In this document: positions 60,899 through 64,000 of the stretch, one piece after another | Layout: the number at the start of each line of letters is the position of its first letter | Position numbering within the stretch: the stretch's first letter is position 1 | Assembly (NCBI GenBank): GCA_050273025.1 | Contig: CP158635.1 | Span: forward strand, 14,632,001-14,696,000 | DNA: 64,000 bases | Source of the DNA: Cenococcum geophilum | Lineage: Eukaryota | Reading direction: 5' to 3' | Notes under the pieces: generated by a model | Database searches by the model: none | The model's input: only the letters and a program-made list of their open reading frames with translations | What the model was told of the DNA's origin: nothing | Made by a program: the position numbers and the translations under genes

Positions 60899-63800
60899 TG
60901 TGAGGTGAGGATATAGATAGGGAGTCTAATGATAGAACAATAGGTATATTGTATAGACAGAGACGAATCCTTAAGGGAGAAGGAGGAGTCTAAGGTGCGA
61001 GGTAAGGGGTTTCCATAGGCATGTGCAGCGCACGTACCTTACAGGCGAGTCGCCTGCGGGTCGCCTGTACCTCACAGCTACATAGCTATCTACTTAGGTT
61101 TCACCTAACAATGCCCCCCCCTTTAAAAAGGGTCGTCCCCGATCCTTTATATGCTTAGGCCTTAATAAAACCCTATAAAAACCTTTAGAAGGACAAAATT
61201 AGAAGGGAAAGAGCGTCCTAATTTTACGTATAGAGAGATAGGTAGTACACTTACGCGGCGTAAAGATGTTAAGGAACTTCAACCGCCGGTCGAAGTTATC
61301 TAATTAGTCAGATTTAGCTTGCTAAGACTTCCCTATATTTTACCAAGCTAATAGCGATTTTATATGCCCGGCATAGAAAATCCTAATTAGTCCATTTAAT
61401 AGGTAGAGCCAGTAGCTTAATACTGTCGCCTAAATTTGGTAGATATATTCCAAAAGTTCGCTTATATAGGCAGGTCGCTGGTACCTCATAGGTAGGTTAT
61501 AGGTTATTCGCATGCAGCCAGATTTAGGACGGTAAGGTTATATGCCCATTAAATCCGCCGCTGACCCTACTTTAGCCTTGCGCTATACCGGCGTAGCGCC
61601 ATGTATACTTCGTAGGTAGGTTATAGGTTACTTATATACGGCTAGGTTTAGGACAGTAAGACTATATGCCCGTTAAATCCGCCGCTAACCTATGCTTTAG
61701 CCTTACGCGTTATCTACGTAGTATATGTATGGAATAGTGTATAAGTTATCTGTATAGGTTACTACTAATAGGTTACTAGCAGGTCGTAGACCCCGGTTAA
61801 AGAACCCCGGTTACGGACGGGTATAGGATAATATAAGTTGTTAGTGCAGGTTACTACTAGCAGGTTACTAGCGGGTCAAAGACCTTGGTTAAAGGACCCT
61901 AGTTACAGACGGACCTATCTTCCGGTATAGAGGCTATCTTAGCAGCGGCGCTTACTTTTTACTTACGCTTTAGCTACGAGGCTAAGTAGTAGTATACTAG
62001 TTTCGTAAAACGGTCTATAAGGATAAGGAGGTATCTTAGCCTTAGGGAGATCTGTAACAGTTAAGTAAGTAATACTGCTAGGCTTATATAGGGGCCTTAG
62101 GGGCTATAGCTCACTATAAGGTATATAGCGGCGCGATTTAAGCGTTAGCAGGTATTGTAGTACCTAGGTATTTACAGAGGTCCTTAGTAAGGCCAGACCT
62201 TATTATGCCTTAGGAGTCCTTAAGTGTTACTAGCAAGAGCTCGCCCCTAGGTGGTCACGTATGGAGCGTATAAAGGCGTCCCTTATACTCTATAGATGGA
62301 CTAATAACTTAAGGGTATTCCATAAGCCGTTTTAGCTAAGGTAGCTACTACTACTACTTGCTATAGTACGAGGCTCTGCGCAAAGCTAGTGCCAATGAGG
62401 TAATATGCAATACGTAGGTTACTCATAGGGTTATTATAGGGGACCGTCGCCTAGGCTAAGGGTCTAGCGCTATAGGTCGGTTGAAGTCTTAGTAAGAATA
62501 GCAGGATACTCTAGTCCGCCGGCGCTAGGTTATTAGTATAGTAGCACTAAAACCGCCTACAAGGTCCATAACCCGCAACTTTTATATAGTATTAAGGGTT
62601 AATTTGGCACGTATTGTTGTATTAAGTATATAGGCGGACTTTACCCTAGGGCGTATCTATCGCAACATATACCACAATGCGTTCCCTTTCTCCCCATCTA
62701 GCGTTAGGTCGCGATATACCTGCGTAAGGTATATATTTAGGGGTATGCGGTATCCAAATCTTTAGGCTTATACATAGGTTATTAGTATAGGTCACTACTA
62801 GCGGGTTATTAGCGGGTCGTAGACCCCAGTTAAAGGACCCCAGTTACGGACGGACCTGTCTGCCAATATACGTCGTCGGTATAGGTTACTACTAGTAGGT
62901 TACTAGCGGGTTAAAGGACCCTAGTTAAAGGACCCCAGTTACGGACGGACCTATCTAGTATAAGTCGTTAGTGCAGGTCGCTACTAGTAGGTTACTAGCG
63001 GGTCGTAGACCCCGGTCAAAGGACCCTAGTTACGGACGGACCTATCTGCCGATATACGTTGTCGGTATAGGTTACTACTAGCAGGTCACTAGCGAGTCGA
63101 AGGATCCCAGTTAAAGGACCCCGGTTACGGACAGACCTATCCAGTATAAGTCGTTGGTATAGGTCGCTACCAGTAGGTTACCAGCGGGTCGTAAACCCTA
63201 GTTAAAGGACCCCAGTCACGGACGGACCTGTCTGCCGATATACGTCGTCGGTATAGGTTACTACTAGCAGGTTACTAGCGAGTTAAAGGACCCCAGTTAA
63301 AGGACCCCGGTTACAGACGGACCTGTCTAGTATAAGTCGTTAGTGCAGGTCGCTACTAGTAGGTTACCAGTAGGTTATAGACCCTAGTTAAAGGACCCCG
63401 GTTATGGACGGACCTGCTACCTAACAGTTAGGCATTATTTATAGCGGTTTGCTGCTAGTGTTCTTTACAATTACTACCTATATTCTTCTTGCGATACGCA
63501 GGCGTATCGCCAGCGTCTGGGGGGTCCTCTGAGCCATCTGGCTGTTGAGTAGTCTCCCCTGGAGCTTGGTTGGGAAAGCGTCGCCTTCCTGGGGTTCCGT
63601 TCTCTGAACCTGACCCTGTGGAGCCTATGCTACGACCGCGCTTCGGGCGCGAGGATCTGCTGTTGCCAGCTGCGCGGTCTTCCGCGAGCTTTGTGGTGTC
63701 GAGCAATTGCTCTACACGGCGGATTTTTTTGGTTCTCCTTTATTACAGTCATATAGTACGCAGTAGCATTTTCAAAGCGTCTTACTGTAGGGTTCTTGAT

Positions 63801-64000
63801 CTGGTCTTGGACCATAGTCTTAAGTTCGTCCCACAGTAGAGGACCCTTATCTTTGGCGCCCAGGCGGTGATGCACTAGTTAGGCGACTGTCTTCTCTTTT
63901 GCAAGACCTTTAATGGCCTAGCGCGTACGTTGCTCGCAGTCGTAGTTAGCGTTGTTGATCTCGAATTAATTCTTAATTGCGGCAATCCATTGGTCAAACT
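60899..64000 (-). mobile_element. G5: internally deleted, non-autonomous derivative of the G4 family; runs off the window end
   Basis: LTR at 60899-61110 (TGTGAGG...CCTAACA, reverse complement of the G4 LTR); PPT at 61111-61125; G4-like 3' UTR; pol reduced to scraps (61935-62700); gag at 63420-64000. Confidence 0.9.
62785..63418. repeat. ~93-bp tandem repeat (~7 units) with a 186-bp higher-order period inside G5
   Basis: ATAGGTTACTACTAG recurs at 62881, 63067 and 63253. The same unit occurs twice at 61750-61930 and once (reverse complement) in the G4 3' UTR at ~49360-49435. Confidence 0.9.

Noticed and set aside
1..64000. Alternative genetic code (TAA/TAG read-through) or organellar DNA
   Set aside because: Stops fall at Q/W/R codons and differ between sibling copies, as expected from RIP.
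1..64000. Calling the region a centromere or naming the species
   Set aside because: An AT-rich RIPped TE nest is compatible with centromeric, subtelomeric or dispensable regions, and sequence alone cannot decide.

Overview
This window is AT-rich heterochromatin-type DNA from a RIP-active filamentous ascomycete. RIP (repeat-induced point mutation) is inferred from pervasive CpA/TpG-to-TpA changes and TAA/TAG codons at positions where Q, W or R are expected. I found no intact host gene, and nearly all ORFs in the supplied track are artefacts. The 64 kb resolves into nested mobile elements, most with readable target-site duplications (TSDs): two Tad1-like LINE families, four Ty3/gypsy chromovirus families (G1; G2 in two copies; G3; G4 plus a deleted derivative G5), three solo LTRs, a 473-bp spacerless palindromic TG..CA insertion, a 1.6-kb non-autonomous TIR element, and a large AcademH-like DNA transposon (RecQ-type helicase on +, DUF6589-like transposase on -). 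The most notable signal is that three unrelated elements each appear to carry an intron-containing accessory gene with a Zn2Cys6-like six-cysteine motif. These are an antisense gene in the 3' region of G1, a weaker equivalent in G3, and a tandemly duplicated five-exon gene inside the AcademH element. All protein calls come from manual translation with mental reversal of RIP and were not database-checked. ORF ends are approximate.
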